This document shows, in pieces, positions 1-12,699 of a stretch of DNA of 34,420 nucleotides. This stretch comes from Catajapyx aquilonaris (Eukaryota), in assembly GCA_000934665.2 (NCBI GenBank), contig JYFJ02004142.1, positions 1-34,420 of the forward strand, given 5' to 3'. The translations under genes and the position numbers were made by a program. Numbering within the stretch: the first letter of the stretch is position 1; the number at the start of each line of letters is the position of its first letter. The notes under the pieces were generated by a model that did not search any database, was not told where the DNA came from, and saw nothing but the letters and a program-made list of their open reading frames with translations.

Positions 1-33
1 TGGCGGGAAATTTTGTCATCCCGGTGACGTCAC
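1..33. promoter_or_regulatory. E2F-like site and palindromic CRE upstream of MRPL44
   Basis: TGGCGGGAAA at 1-10 is the reverse complement of TTTCCCGCCA (E2F consensus). GTGACGTCAC at 24-33 contains the CRE TGACGTCA. Both lie about 240-270 bp upstream of the MRPL44 ATG in CpG-rich DNA. Confidence 0.45.
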
Positions 34-270
34 TACCGCTGCGCTATAATTGGCCCGATCCGTTATGGCGCTACCTGTAGGCTTCTATATACTTTGGGCA
101 GGGGTGGCAAGCATGCTCCTAGCGCCTGATCACCACCGGGCTTCTTGAGGGCAGAGCCAGGGGGGAAGGCGGGTGTGTTCGAGGCACTTCGCTTTCGAAG
201 GGGGACTAGGGAGGTTCGGGTCTCTTGCCCGCGGGAGAGCTGCTTGATCTTCTCTATACTTGAGGTCGGG

Positions 271-3200
271 ATGGCTGCCTGCGTGGTCCGATCCGTACTC
301 GTGTCTTCCCTGGCCAGGAGGAGGCCATCCGCACCATGCGCCCTCGCTCCGGCTGGGATGCTGTGGCCCACTCAGACAGGTACGCCCCAAAGAGACATTC
401 AGCAGGCGAGGGTGGTCACTCCAGCACTGTGTTCTCTTGCAGGTTCGACCAGGGGGATCAAGCGGTGGGTGGCCCCCGTGCTCAGGACGCTCAAGAGGAG
501 GCAGGAGAAGCAGGGGCCGCAGCCTGTGCAGCCAAGGAACACCTACCTCGAGTGGTACGTGGTCCACGGAACGCTCCCACACTAACACGTCCCACGCTGC
601 CATTGCCAGCGTACCATTACATAGAGTACTTTGAACCAGGGATGGAAAAAGAACCGCTTCCATTGAACACATTCGCTTCACATTTGATCATCCCTGTCAA
701 TGGATGACATGCACTGAATAGAACACTGGACATTCCTAAACATAAGTGATGTTGGAGGTTCAGTTTGTAATAATAGAAGCTATTTTATTATGAGTCTGTG
801 GATGGACAGTAGGTGACACTTGTTGTGTCCAAGGTTGATATCAGGTCGGTAGTATGGTAGCAGATATCGCATGTAGAAGTAGGAGCCTACATTTTGCTGC
901 GGAAGTATTTTACAGTCCAGATTTGTCAGGTACCATGCTTTTCAAGGCAAGTTTTCAAGTGGAAACGTACCGTAATTGACTTTTGACATTGGGGAGTATC
1001 ATACGTTATGCCTGTAGGAGCCGCACATTACCTGTACATTAAAAATAATATGCAGGGTGGAAGATGGACAGGGAACAAAATATTGATACATATGTTGAAC
1101 ACTTAATTTACCAAATTAATAATGGCTGCTTAACATGGAGGCAATAATCGAGTCCTTCAATGCACTTTGTTCTCATCTTACACTTCACTTGATGCAGTGT
1201 TATGACATAAGGTACAAATTGAGTAATGATGTAAGATGTGCAAACCTAAGTGAAGGGCAAGCCAATGACATGACATGAAGCAGTATTCTAGCATGTTGCA
1301 CGAGCATGGCTTTTATTTTACAGGCACATCAGGAAGTCAGGTGTGGTAGATTTTCACGTGGCACACTGTGGCCTCGTGCTGCCAAAAGTTTTTGGCAAGG
1401 AGCAACGAGGGCCAGTACAAACTAGAAAGAATGAAATTTGCCGCCAAAATGGGCCCGTGCCAGGCTTCTGCTGGTGGCCTGATCACCTTTTTTTTTTTTG
1501 TATCACCTATGGTTGATATAGCGGAGCATCTTATTTTGGAATCTTGGGTTCAATGCATCCAGAGGAATTTGCATGTAGGACTATGACGTGAACTTGTTTT
1601 TGTGTGTCCAAAATGTCAGGAAGTGCCAGTGGCAGCGAGTGGCAGGATGTAGGGTATTGCTCTCTTGCAGGCATGTCCACGTCAGCTTACAAGTGTTCAC
1701 CTACACTTGTCATTGATTGCGATTAGCCTTGACTGACACATTTTCTTGATATAGTCTAGATTGAGAGATGATAGCGATCTTGCAATTCTTATTTTGCTGC
1801 TTAGAGTGGGATCAAAGGCAAGATCTTGTTAAGTAGGTGAGATACACAGCGCCACATATTTTCTTGCGATATGACTGTTTCCAAGGCACAATAGTTCGGC
1901 GCGTTCTGCCACATAATTAAAACTATTTTCTGTTTATGCATCATATTTGGCAAGCCTGATTAGAAAGAGAGAATAATATGGAACGCAGTTTCTACCATTG
2001 CCCCACGTAGGGAAATATGTGTATGAAATTGTGTGATGTGCAGGCCTTGAGCAGGTCTTTCAGTCAGGTAGCATTAGTAGGTGCAAACTTCATTTGTGAG
2101 CCCTGTGAATAATACTTAACCATGCTTGGGCTGAATTTAATGAGGAATTGTCTAACGTATGAGGCTCAATTTTATGTGAAAGCAGTAACTACATCGATAG
2201 GAGTAACAATAGGTCTGCATGCCAGATGCGCTCATGGAAATTGCCGACCTTGGGGTGCAGCGTGGTACATTAATAGGTATCCAGATTCCAGAGAAAGATA
2301 CTGGCATTCGGCCTGCTGTCACTTGCACTAGTTATAGTTCTGCAAGCTGTCTTTTTTAGTATGCTTGGTGTAATTCTTAATTTGTTGCGATATTGTACAC
2401 TTGCTGCAGAACTCAAGAGCATCCCATTCCTGTGCCTCTCATATCTAAATTATCTTACAGAGCAAAGCAATTAGTTGTCGGCTATTTTGAGATGTAAGCG
2501 TATATTACTGTTATCTAGTCCCCTAGGTCTATGTGATGAATGCAGAAGTATGTTAGAGCTGTTTTTTCTGAAGGGGGCCTTTTTTTTTCTAGGAACTATG
2601 ATGCGGAGCTTTTTGCATTTGGTGCCCGTCTGGGTGAAACTTTCGACGAGACTGTACTCCGCCGAGCCCTCACACATCGCTCTTATGTGGTTCGGGAACA
2701 GCAGCGCCAGGAGGAACTGGGTGTCACAGATGTCCGGCTAGATCTTCCTGACAATCAGGAGCTTTCCCAAAAGGGTGCTGAGCTGCTGGGTCGCTACGTC
2801 CAGCGCTACCTGCGTGCTGCTCTCCCCTACTTCCCAGAGGAAGGGATTCAAGCAGTGCGCAACCACCTCACATCTGTGGAGGTTCTCTCAGATGTCTCCT
2901 TCCACTTGGGCACCAAGGACCTGATCCTGTGTGACGAATATCCTCCCACAAGAGAAACTCTGGCAACCACCTTTGAAGCAATTGTTAGCGCTCTGGAGGT
3001 GTCATCAGGGAAGCAAAGGGCGGAGACCTTGGTGAGGGATGTGGTGCTCTGCAGGCTGTCTACACTAGATATCAACGACCTGTGGGAGATAAATGACCCC
3101 ATGGGTTCCCTGGCTGGAATACTGAGGCGAGAGGGAAGGGGAGAACCCGTCCCACGGCTATTGTGGCAGGCCGCACCCAACACTATCTTGGCCACTTTCC

Positions 3201-3632
3201 TGGTCGGGATCTATTCAGATAAAAAGCTACTTGGCACAGGTGAGAAATATGTGCAAGCAAATGTTATTTTTAATTGTCAGTTTGTAAATAGGAGCCGCCA
3301 AATATCTTACCCAGAAAGACAGCAATGTGAAACGTTTTTCTCTTTCTCCTAAAGGGATCGATTTGATATTTGACCTTGTCAATTTGGGGGAAAACGACTG
3401 AATTTTTACAAGCTTTTTCGTAATTTCAGGTCCTGGTGAGACTGTAGAAATAGCTCAAGAGGTTGCAGCACGTGACTCCCTCCGTCGAATGTTCCATACT
3501 AGTGAAGATATGCCTCCACTTCCGCTGGGTCACAGGGCAGACCAATTGGATGTGACGTCCGCACCGGAAGCAAACATTAGTGTCAAAGAGTGGACCCATG
3601 AGAAAGTCCTTAACAATGTTGCTCGATGCTAG
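271..3632 (+). CDS. MRPL44: Mitochondrial large-subunit ribosomal protein L44 (RNase III-like and dsRBD folds), about 356 aa
   Basis: Exons 271-379, 443-554, 2593-3239 and 3430-3632, all GT-AG and phase-consistent. The spliced protein has an Arg/Ala/Ser-rich presequence, then RGIKRWVAPVLRTLKRR...EWNYDAELFAFGARLGE...ALTHRSY...DPMGSLAGILRREGRGEPVPRLLWQA...GIYSDKKLLGTGPGETVEIAQEVAARDSLRRMF, matching mL44 family motifs. Confidence 0.93.
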
Positions 3633-4783
3633 ACCAATCCATGGTATCAATACAAGAAAATGCATGCATGCATAGTGAAACACAACAAGGCTGCAACTCT
3701 ATGTGTTAAGGAACTATTAATGCCACTGCAGTCTCAAAGGCCTTTGCTGTGTTGAAATGTAAATGTTAGGCAGCATTGTTAGTCCCCCTCATCCAAGTTG
3801 GACGTTTTGTATTGTTCTGTCAAATAAGATCCCTTGTGACCCATGGCTTTTCTGTCATTTCGTCATAATCCCTTCAAAAAAGACCCTCAAAAATGCATTA
3901 ATTTACACCTATATGTGAAATAATATTCAAACATTACAGGAAAAATCAATACCTCATAGAAACAACAATAGTGCATGAATGTTTTCTAGATTCAACATGC
4001 CAGCCTGGTCGTGGGGTCATCTTGTTACCTTCACAGGAACAACCGTTGAGCTGACCTCACAAACCATAGGGAGTTGACAAGTGGTCATTAGCCAGTCACC
4101 TGTCACATTGATGCTTGCTTATAAACAACCTTAATTTACCCCCATGTGTTTAAAAAAATTTAATCTTATTGGGATGCTGGGTTCTTGGGAAAAATATTTA
4201 ACTGCATGAGGAAGCCCCCAGTTGTATGCAGGTGTTTTTTCAAAAAAAAAAATTCCATAGGTTAGACTTGAAAGAATGATTGGATGGAAATTTTTACTTT
4301 TTGTTTTAAATTTCATTAGTGGACAAATCAGCAAATCAATAAATCAACAGTTCATTAGACTGCCCTTCCCCCCCAAAAGAGCACCGCTCTACCACGGGGT
4401 TAATTAAATAAAAAACAAAAACAAAATAAGGCTGCCCAGCATTTCTTTCTGACTGGTATGAGGTACTGCTAGCTATCTTTAGTCATGTATAAATAAAATA
4501 AATAGTACACTTACAATGCTCGGTAAATGTGCAGAAGGGATTCTGGACACACCAAAAATGTCAAGCGAGCATGAGGTGATTGTAAAAGAGCATTGTAAGT
4601 GTACCATTTATTTTATTTAGACATGACTAAAGATAGCAGTACCGAGCAGTACCGTACTTATTTTTCGGCATATTTTCTTTGGCACCCACCCGAAATACTC
4701 TAACAACAGTGCACACTTGCGTCTCCAAGTGTGAGTTAGCCTGGGAGTCTGGGAGCCTGGAAGCCTTGCCCCTTGCCTGCACG

Positions 4784-5593
4784 CCATGAAAAAATGTTAT
4801 CCCAGAGAATATTAACGATTTACCCAACAATATTTTTTCTTCTAATATTTTCCCTTCTCCCTCCCGATAGTAAATTGAGATTGTGCGTTTTATTTTTTTA
4901 TAATTTAAAATAAAACATTTGATTAAATTTTATTTCACCATGAAATTCTCCTGTTCATTACCTTTCATTTTATATATATCATGTAGGCATGCAATGTAAT
5001 GGTTTAATAATGGAATATAGGCGGTGTGTGTACATTGTTGAGATTGTCAACCACTTTATACCACGTGAATTTTTATACCACGTGAATTTTTATACCACGG
5101 ATATTTTTATACCACGGGAATTTGCATAGCATGGATATTTTTATACCAGCGAAATTTTTATACCACGATTTTTTTAAAAATATCACATGAAAAGAAATCA
5201 TAACAGGATTTGTCTTTGTTTTTGGCACACGAATAATTTTTTAAGAATATTTACGCGTTTTGAGCGCCATAACTTTCGAATGAAATTTCATTCGAATGAT
5301 ATTTCTTTCGCATTAAATTTATACCATGAAAAATGTTATCCCAGAGAATTTTTACGATTCACCCATCAATATTTTTTGTTCTAATATTTTCCCTTTTCCC
5401 TCCCCATAGTAAATTGAGATTGTGCGTTTTATTTTTTCATAATTTAAAATAAAACATTCGATAAAATTTTATTTCACCATAAAATTCTCCTGTTCATTTG
5501 ATCTCCTTTCATTTGATATATATCATGTAGGTATACAATGTAATGGTTAAACAATGGAATATAGGCGGTGTGTGTACATTGTTGAGATTGTCA
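4784..5593. repeat. Two diverged ~265-270 bp AT-rich direct repeats (4784-5049, 5324-5593) flanking a spacer that contains a 17-bp tandem array
   Basis: Both copies run CCATGAAAAATGTTATCCCAGAGAAT...AGTAAATTGAGATTGTGCGTTTT...GGCGGTGTGTGTACATTGTTGAGATTGTCA with scattered substitutions and small indels. Confidence 0.9.
5055..5173. repeat. Minisatellite, 7 x 17 bp (consensus about TTTATACCACGKGAATT)
   Basis: Units start at 5055, 5072, 5089, 5106, 5123 (degenerate), 5140 and 5157. Confidence 0.9.
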
Positions 5594-7236
5594 TGCTTAT
5601 ATCTTTGGGAAATATAACTCCAGGAGTGTACAGTTTTGGATTGGGAATTAAGTTCTGTATGGCTACATACGTATTTATTTATTTTTTAATCGAAAGGGGT
5701 CGAGCCACAAATTTTCCGAAAATTTACTGAATTGACATGGAATGACCCTACTGTCAAAATTCAAATTAAATTCAGTGGTTGGCATTAATATTGAAGAGAG
5801 AGAGAGTATCTGTTACATTTGTTGAAGATTCATGATAATAATAATTTGGGTTTTAATAAACTTTACTTTGTTGTCCACATATTTCCAACCACAACTTTTC
5901 AGGAATTTTTCCGAATGATTCTCCAGAGGGCTCCTGCTGACATTGATAATTTAATAAATTCATTTAAAAAAATACTGGCCTTATTTTTAGGATTTTAAGC
6001 CACCAGATGGCATGCTCTATGTGCCACATGTTCAAAGCCATATCTCCTGTGAACCTGCAGCATTGACATAATCATAATGTCTGTACCAACTGAACAAGAC
6101 GTCGACCTATTTGGAGATATAGTGGGAAGTGCTCCCAGTGCGTAAAGGGCCAGTGCGTGATCGCCTAGTCGTGCGTAGTGCCTCCCCCACCCCACGTCCT
6201 TCGCTCCTTTGGGATCTGGTGGAAACCAGTCTCGTCAGGGGAAAAATACAAATGAATATTAACAAGTACAAAACTTTAATTCAAAAATGTTTACACAATG
6301 GACGGCATGACAATTTCTAATACTACAATATTCAAGTCTTTACAGTTCAATAGCCTCTGACTTATAATTATGTCATCAAGAACATCACTCACTGATGTCA
6401 GTGCAGTGCAATCTCCATAACAGAAATACAAAAAAATACATGCATAGCAAAATACAACTGTGGCTGAAACATAGTGTATGATAGAATTACCAGTTTCACA
6501 ACGGTCAAAAAACCTGTTCTAAAATATAAACATTCCAAATGTAAGTTTGGGGCAGCATTCTCTCTGCAAACATTTGTATTCTTGCTTTCATAACACAAGT
6601 ATCATTTGGGCATAAAATTGTTCCAAGAATTTCCCCCCCAGACAAATACACAATGCTGCAAAAGGTCTTTGCTTCTTCTAGGATCGAGCTTTTTCGAGCT
6701 TTTTCGAGATTCTAGAGGAAGCATGGACCTCTAGTTGATTTTGTCGATTTCAGATCCATGACAGAGATGATCACACACGAAATCCGCGCACTGACCTGAC
6801 GGAACAATTGAAACAATTTTACACCCAACTTGTTCTTACTTTACAAACACACTAATACTCCTCGTGACTCTCCTTGCTAATAAGAACTATGAAATCTACA
6901 TGTAATCATCAGCGCAGGGTACATTAACACATGGTACACTCTAAAATCAAAATATAATTTACATATAAAAGGCATTTGAATTGTTATACTTTGTTAGCTT
7001 TATCTCATTGCACAATAAAAAAATCCACTGGTGTCCTTTTTTGGCAGCCTTTACAGTTATCAAACTTAACTGCAATTGGTATTAAGGGTATATGAAAATA
7101 ATATGATAAACTAGGTATGAATGTCTAGTTTATCCTATTATTTATGTGAGCCACAGAAACAAAAAAAACCCATCAGTATTGCCCTTTTTTGCTTATGGTG
7201 CTCACGGCATGACTTATTACCTTTCTTTCCTGACAA

Positions 7237-10200
7237 TCAAGCCTGTGCATCAAGAATAAGGTTTCCTTGCGCATCTCTGACCCTAACTCTCCCTGAAGGG
7301 TATTTAGTCTCCTGCCTTCCATCGTCAGAGTAGATGGTCTTGACTGTTCCGTCAGGGTATTCTCTGGACTTGTACTCTGGAGTGTGTATCTCCCTCTGCC
7401 CGTTGGGTAAGCTGAGAGTGGTGTTTCCATTTGTATCCTCATGAACAACTACGCCATCTGGGTACATGTTCTCCTTTGAGCCATCTGGACGAATCAGCAT
7501 CATTGATCCATTCGGGAAAGTCACCTGAAAGATTACGTCATATGATTGTTGCATAATATACAAATTGAATTCTTTTAGCTTCCTTGCAAAATTACAAATC
7601 TTCCCACTTTTCCAGCTTTAGCACTGACCTCAACAGTTCCATCCTTTAGCTGCCTCTCCACTTGCCCATCAGGAAACTCGACAACATTGAGCCCGTCTGG
7701 GTAAGTAGTGTTCCAGGCACTCGTCTTCTTGTAGAAATAGCGCACAGTTCCATCTCCAAGAGTCTCCTTCAAGTCCCCATTGAAGTATCGGATAGTGTAG
7801 GAGTCCCCTTTCCTGGACACTGATTGCACCTTCCCGCTGGAGAAGTGGATCTCTTTGTGACCATCTGGCATTATCACCTCCTGCCCAACGCATTGTTGAT
7901 TGGGTGGCAGGGATTCTGTGGAACCCTCAAGCGAGTCACAGAAGCCTGGTGCAGAACCATCCAATGAATCTTTGCTCATGCTTGTAGTTGATGCACCTGA
8001 CTTTGTGACTGGTTTAGCATTCAGGGTCTTTGTAAGAGGCTTCTTGCTGGGTATCATCATTGGTGGTTTTGAGGTCATCTTTGCAGTGGGTAGAGAGTTG
8101 AAATATGAATTAGGTATGTCCTTGGTGGGCCGGACATCAACAATCTTCATCTGATCTTTCACCAATAATTTTGGCCGGTTCTGCTCTAACATTTTGTGTT
8201 TGGATGAGGACGACAGTCCAGGTGTAAGGTTTCCTCCTTTTCCCAAGCCATGTGGCTTCCTGAGTGCCATCACCTGGTGGTACAAAACCAAATTAATAAA
8301 TGCAAAGTGTTCTGTTCATATTGAGATACAGGGTCATTCCATCTCAATTTAGCCGAAGCCTCCCCCTTCTGACCAAATAAAGACGACTTTCAGCAAATTC
8401 AAGTTGAGACAGTATGACCCTCTACTCAACTTTTAAGTGTCACATTGTAATTAGAAGTACATGGCATGCGCAACTGACCTCATCCTTGACCCGCTTATTC
8501 TCCTCCTCAAGCTGCTTGACTCTCTCCTTAAGCCTGGCCTGTGCCGCTGCCCACCTGGCTTCCTTCCTCTTGCCTTCTTCCTCCAACTCTGCAAACTTCT
8601 CTCTCCATAACTTTGCCTCCTCTCGATCACCTCTTCCACCCAAGCGCTCCCTCAACTCCTTCTCCTTCCGCTCCAACAAGTTCCTCTCCCTGCGCAGAGC
8701 GGCCTTCCCCTCTGCGATTTTAGCTTCTTCATCTGCCTTCTTCCTTGCCCACTCCAAAGATTCCTGCCTCACCTTCCTAGCAGCCAATTCTTGCTGCACC
8801 CGCTCCTTCTCTGCAGCTACTCTTTCCCGCTTCAAAGCTGCTATTTCCTGCTCCATTTCAACCACCCTGGCATGAAGCACTGCTTTGGTCAGCTCTACAT
8901 CATCTTGTGTAGTAGGACTCGGGATCTTAGGTGCATCATCAGCAGCCTTCTCAGGTGATGGATTTCGGGGTAGCTTCTCTTCAACAATCACACTAGAAGA
9001 AACAGCATCCTCATCTGCTTCTAAGGTGTCATCGGTGTCAAGCGTATCATCGTCATCCTCACAGGCAGTGTACTCGTGCCTTTCAGGAGTCGTCTCAGAG
9101 AAGTGCACATGCAAACTCTCTTCCTTGCTCTTGCCTTCGTCAATAGGAGACTCCTGAGCCAATTGGTACACCCGCTTGCTTTGGGTGAAGTAGTCGTAAT
9201 ATGTGGGTGGCTTCTGGCCATGCGAGACACTGTTGTTGGGGCTCGAGACATCCAGCAGGCGCAACATGGTAGATGAGGATGAACAGAAACTGGAGTCCTC
9301 TGCTGCATCTTCAAGGTATTCGAAGACTGCCAGTTCACGCTCCTCCTTCTGCAAAAGATCGTCATTTTATAAGATTCACACTTTAAATATCTAAGGGTGA
9401 GGTGTATGAAAGCGAACTAGGGACAATCTCCAGTTACATACAGGCATTTAATAAGTAATCTGAGATTGGATGAAGGTCAGCTTAAAATTAATTCTCAACA
9501 TGGTAGCATAAATTAAATCCAGGTGATCCATGCATGCACTAAAAGTTATTCAGCATTTACTGACCTTGCCTTTTAAACAGTGTTCCTTACCTTCTGATGC
9601 TTAGTATCATCTTTTAGCTTCTCAACCACAATGGCACCCTTTGTTGGCCGAACTCCAACCTTTGCTGGCCGAACTCCACCCTTTGCTGGACCCAAGGTTG
9701 CGGAATGGGGTCGATATACCGTCCGCTTCATTGGAACTGCCATTAGATCAGAGCCGCTGTCACTTCCTGAGTCAGTACTGGACATGTTGCCATTTGCATT
9801 ACTGTCGACTCCAACACTAACAGCTTTAGGATTTGGACTCTCAAGCTCTTTGTGCCTTGGACTGTCATTGGGAATGCTAGGCACAGCCTTTTTGTTTGTA
9901 CCAAAAGGAGTGGATTTGGAATTGTCAACACTAGCTTTTGAACTAGAGTTTGAATTTGTAGCAGTACTAGTCAGGTTTGTTTTTGAACTAGCAGGAGTCA
10001 GGCCAGCTTTTGAACTAGGCCTCGTAAGGCTTGTCAGTGAACCAGCACTAGTAAGGCTAGTTTTTGAACCAGCCCTAACGAGACTTGATTTTGAACTAGC
10101 CCTAACAAGACTGGTTCTTGAACCATAACTGGTTGGGCTAGGTTTTGAGCAACTGTGAAGGTGACTAGATTTGGATCCATTGGATTTGGCGCTTGCACCG

Positions 10201-12451
10201 TTCAGGCTAGTTTTGGATGCTGCACTGTTGATGGCCCATGGCCTTGGTCTGGAAGCCAGGTCCTTTCCTTTTGTACTTTTCTCCAGGGTGTTCTCTGCAA
10301 ATGGACCCATCCTGAAGCGAGCGAGTCCCTGACCTCTCCTGAGAAATGGCTGCTTTATCTTGGTCCCATTGTTATCATCAGAAGCTTCATCACTGTTCTT
10401 TTGAAGCTCTGCCTCAAGCATCTCCTCGAAGCGTTTCTTGCTTGGAGTGATTGGTGTCTCTTCAAAAGACACCTGTGGTAAAGGTGGCAGAGTTTCTTCC
10501 ATGTGACCACTGTCAGGAAAGGAAGGAATCTGCGGTGATATGTCCCCTTTTCCGTCCTGATTTTGGAAGTGTTGCGACTGATAAGTAAAAGGAATTGGAC
10601 AGCCCATGACAAACACTTCTTCCTCTCCACTCTCTGATTCCTGATTGAAGCCATCTCTCAAACCATCTTCCCTGTCACTCATCTCGAACTCCTTGCTGTT
10701 GCGTTCTTCGTCATCATAGTCTGGATGTGAGTTCTCATCCCTTTCCTCATTGGGCTTGCTAAGAGGTGCACCATCTTCCTTTTCTTCTTCACTCTCAGTC
10801 TCGGGTAGTGATTCAATTCCTTCTAAATCAGAGTCAACGTCTTGGGATGTCTCATCCTCTCCATTCGTGACACTTCCTTCGTTGTTCTGACCTGTGAGGA
10901 CAACACAAATTTCATTGCAGTAACTCTGTAACAAATATGCATATTGCTTTCAATATTCATGGTTCACTCTGAAGATGTGCTCTGTCGCACAAGTCCGGTA
11001 AGTGAATCAACCCTTTCACAAACTGAGACACGATTAAGAAACGAAGATGTGATGAGAAACACTGGGTGGTTAGTTTAGTCTTGTAAGACTCCCTTGTCAG
11101 TAAGAAGGTACAGGTAGCCCCTGTTTTACGCCAGTCCACTTTGCCACACTACCTGAAAACTGGGCCAAAAGCTTTCAGCAGAGGGTGAGAGGAAAAACTC
11201 TTTGACCACTCCAGATCTCACAGACGTTCAGCACAACATCAATCCAACACTGGAGCCATTGAACATTGCATGCACACAACTCGGCAATGGACAACATGGG
11301 ATCTTGCTTTTGAGTGTTAAAATAAGTTAGAGCACTACAGCCAGAGCCATGTGTCGTCCACTGCCACAATTCATTTAAGAAAACCATCGCCCTCACTGCG
11401 ATAGTTTAAAATGTTTCTCAGCGAGGGAAAAGTGGTGCCACTTTTGGACCTCAGAGAGATGATGCCAACTTCCTGAGTCCCATGTCTTTCAGAGTCCTAT
11501 ACATAGTGCATACACTCAAAGGCAAGCTCCCATGCAGGAACCTCGGTAATGGACAACATGTCCATTACCGAGGTTCCTGCATAAAACATTCAATGCCTCC
11601 AGCAGTCCCCCTGCTTCTTCCAGCCCAGCCCTGTCATTATGGTAGTCTCCTCTAGATCGGGAATTTAGCGCTGGCACAGCCCCACAAGAATCTATTGGGG
11701 GTCGGTTTGGGAGGACGCCTTCTGAACCAACCCAAACCGTCCTTTCCTCAGAGGGCATTTGCAGACTAGGATTTGGATGGCTGGCAGCGATAGATGGCTG
11801 TGGCGATGTGCCAGCGTCAAAATTTCGGGCTGGTGGAGATTCTGTAATTAAACTACCGTATCGTAGGAGTAACAGGGGCTAGGCTCCAGTGATAGAATGA
11901 TGTTGTGGAGGTCTACCAGCTCTGAAGTGGCCAAAGCACCTACAGTTCCAACCAAGGCAACCACACCATAGCCAAGAATAATCTGCCAGGTGGCGATACT
12001 TGTATTTATCCATTAATTTCCACTGCTATACATCAGCAATCTGAGTTACGTACAAATCCGACTTACACATATCCCTGTTTGTAGACCAGGGACATCCTAT
12101 AATCAAATGATGCCAATGGCACTGATGCTAATAAGTACAATGCCTCACTGTGCTGAAGGCCTAGGCCTTGCCATTTTCCATCCATAAATTTAGCATAACT
12201 CGAGACTGCAATGAATTGAAAACGAGCATAATTCTGGTCACTTGGAAGCCCCCTGACTTGAACTCATATCTCTCCTCACCTCTAGGTGTGGCAAGTAACA
12301 AGAGCTCCGCAAGGCGCCTCTTCTCCTCCTGAAGTTTGGCCTTCTGCTGCATCTGCTCCTCCAGTAGCTTTTGCTCCTGCTCCCTCTGCCACTCCTTCAG
12401 CTCAGCAAACTGCCTCAGCAAATCCTGCAGGGAAGCATCCGCCTCCGCCAT
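7237..12451 (-). CDS. CENPJ: Centromere protein J / SAS-4 / CPAP centriole protein, about 1182 aa with exon 2
   Basis: Exons 12451-12280, 11841-11569 (less certain), 10891-9591, 9348-8479, 8273-7629 and 7524-7237, GT-AG and in frame. Contains KQPFLRRGQGLARF, KEERELAVFEYLEDAAEDSSFCSSSS, a long coiled coil and a C-terminal Gly-rich beta-repeat TCP10/G-box domain (FNGDLKE...YPDGLNVVEFPDGQVE...FPNGS...REYPDGTVKTIYSDDGRQETKYPSGRVRVRDAQGNLILD). Confidence 0.92.
9963..10124 (-). repeat. Coding tandem repeat, 6 x 27 nt (9 aa), within CENPJ
   Basis: GSRTSLVRA/SSKSSLVRA/GSKTSLTSA/GSLTSLTRP/SSKAGLTPA/SSKTNLTST. Each DNA unit begins RGTTCA on the minus strand. Confidence 0.85.
11532..11582. repeat. Perfect 24-bp inverted repeat with 3-nt loop
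   Basis: ATGCAGGAACCTCGGTAATGGACA (11532-11555), loop ACA, TGTCCATTACCGAGGTTCCTGCAT (11559-11582). Confidence 0.97.
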
Positions 12452-12699
12452 TCTGCAGCCTGTCTGTGGGGCACAACAATATTATTGTCATGAAATATGG
12501 CTGAACTGCTCATGCACCTTCACCTGAATACAGGGAAGAGCATGAAATGTGCTAGGCCCGGTGCTCGTTCCAAACATGTTTCCCGACAGTTACCTGCTGC
12601 TGTCCCTCGGTGCCGGATTCAGTCATCCCCGCCTGTGGATCCCCCCGCAGACAGGGCCGAGAGAAGAGAACGACGCGAAGAACCCAGCCTCATCCGCCA

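Noticed and set aside
4131..4407. TTAA-CCC-like ends suggesting a piggyBac MITE
   Set aside because: The inverted match does not extend beyond a few bases.
5055..5173. Regular short repeats resembling a CRISPR array
   Set aside because: The units are contiguous without unique spacers, the context is eukaryotic and there are no cas genes.
6195..6240. CTGACGA plus a stem on the minus strand, resembling a hammerhead ribozyme core
   Set aside because: The required GAAA after stem II is absent (CCAAA). More likely a decayed transposon end.
6685..6708. Short 10-bp tandem duplication (TCGAGCTTTT)
   Set aside because: Only about 2.5 copies, consistent with ordinary slippage.
10957..11152. Possible extra CENPJ exon after a TTTTCAG acceptor near 11153
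   Set aside because: Early stop codons occur in all three frames after the acceptor.
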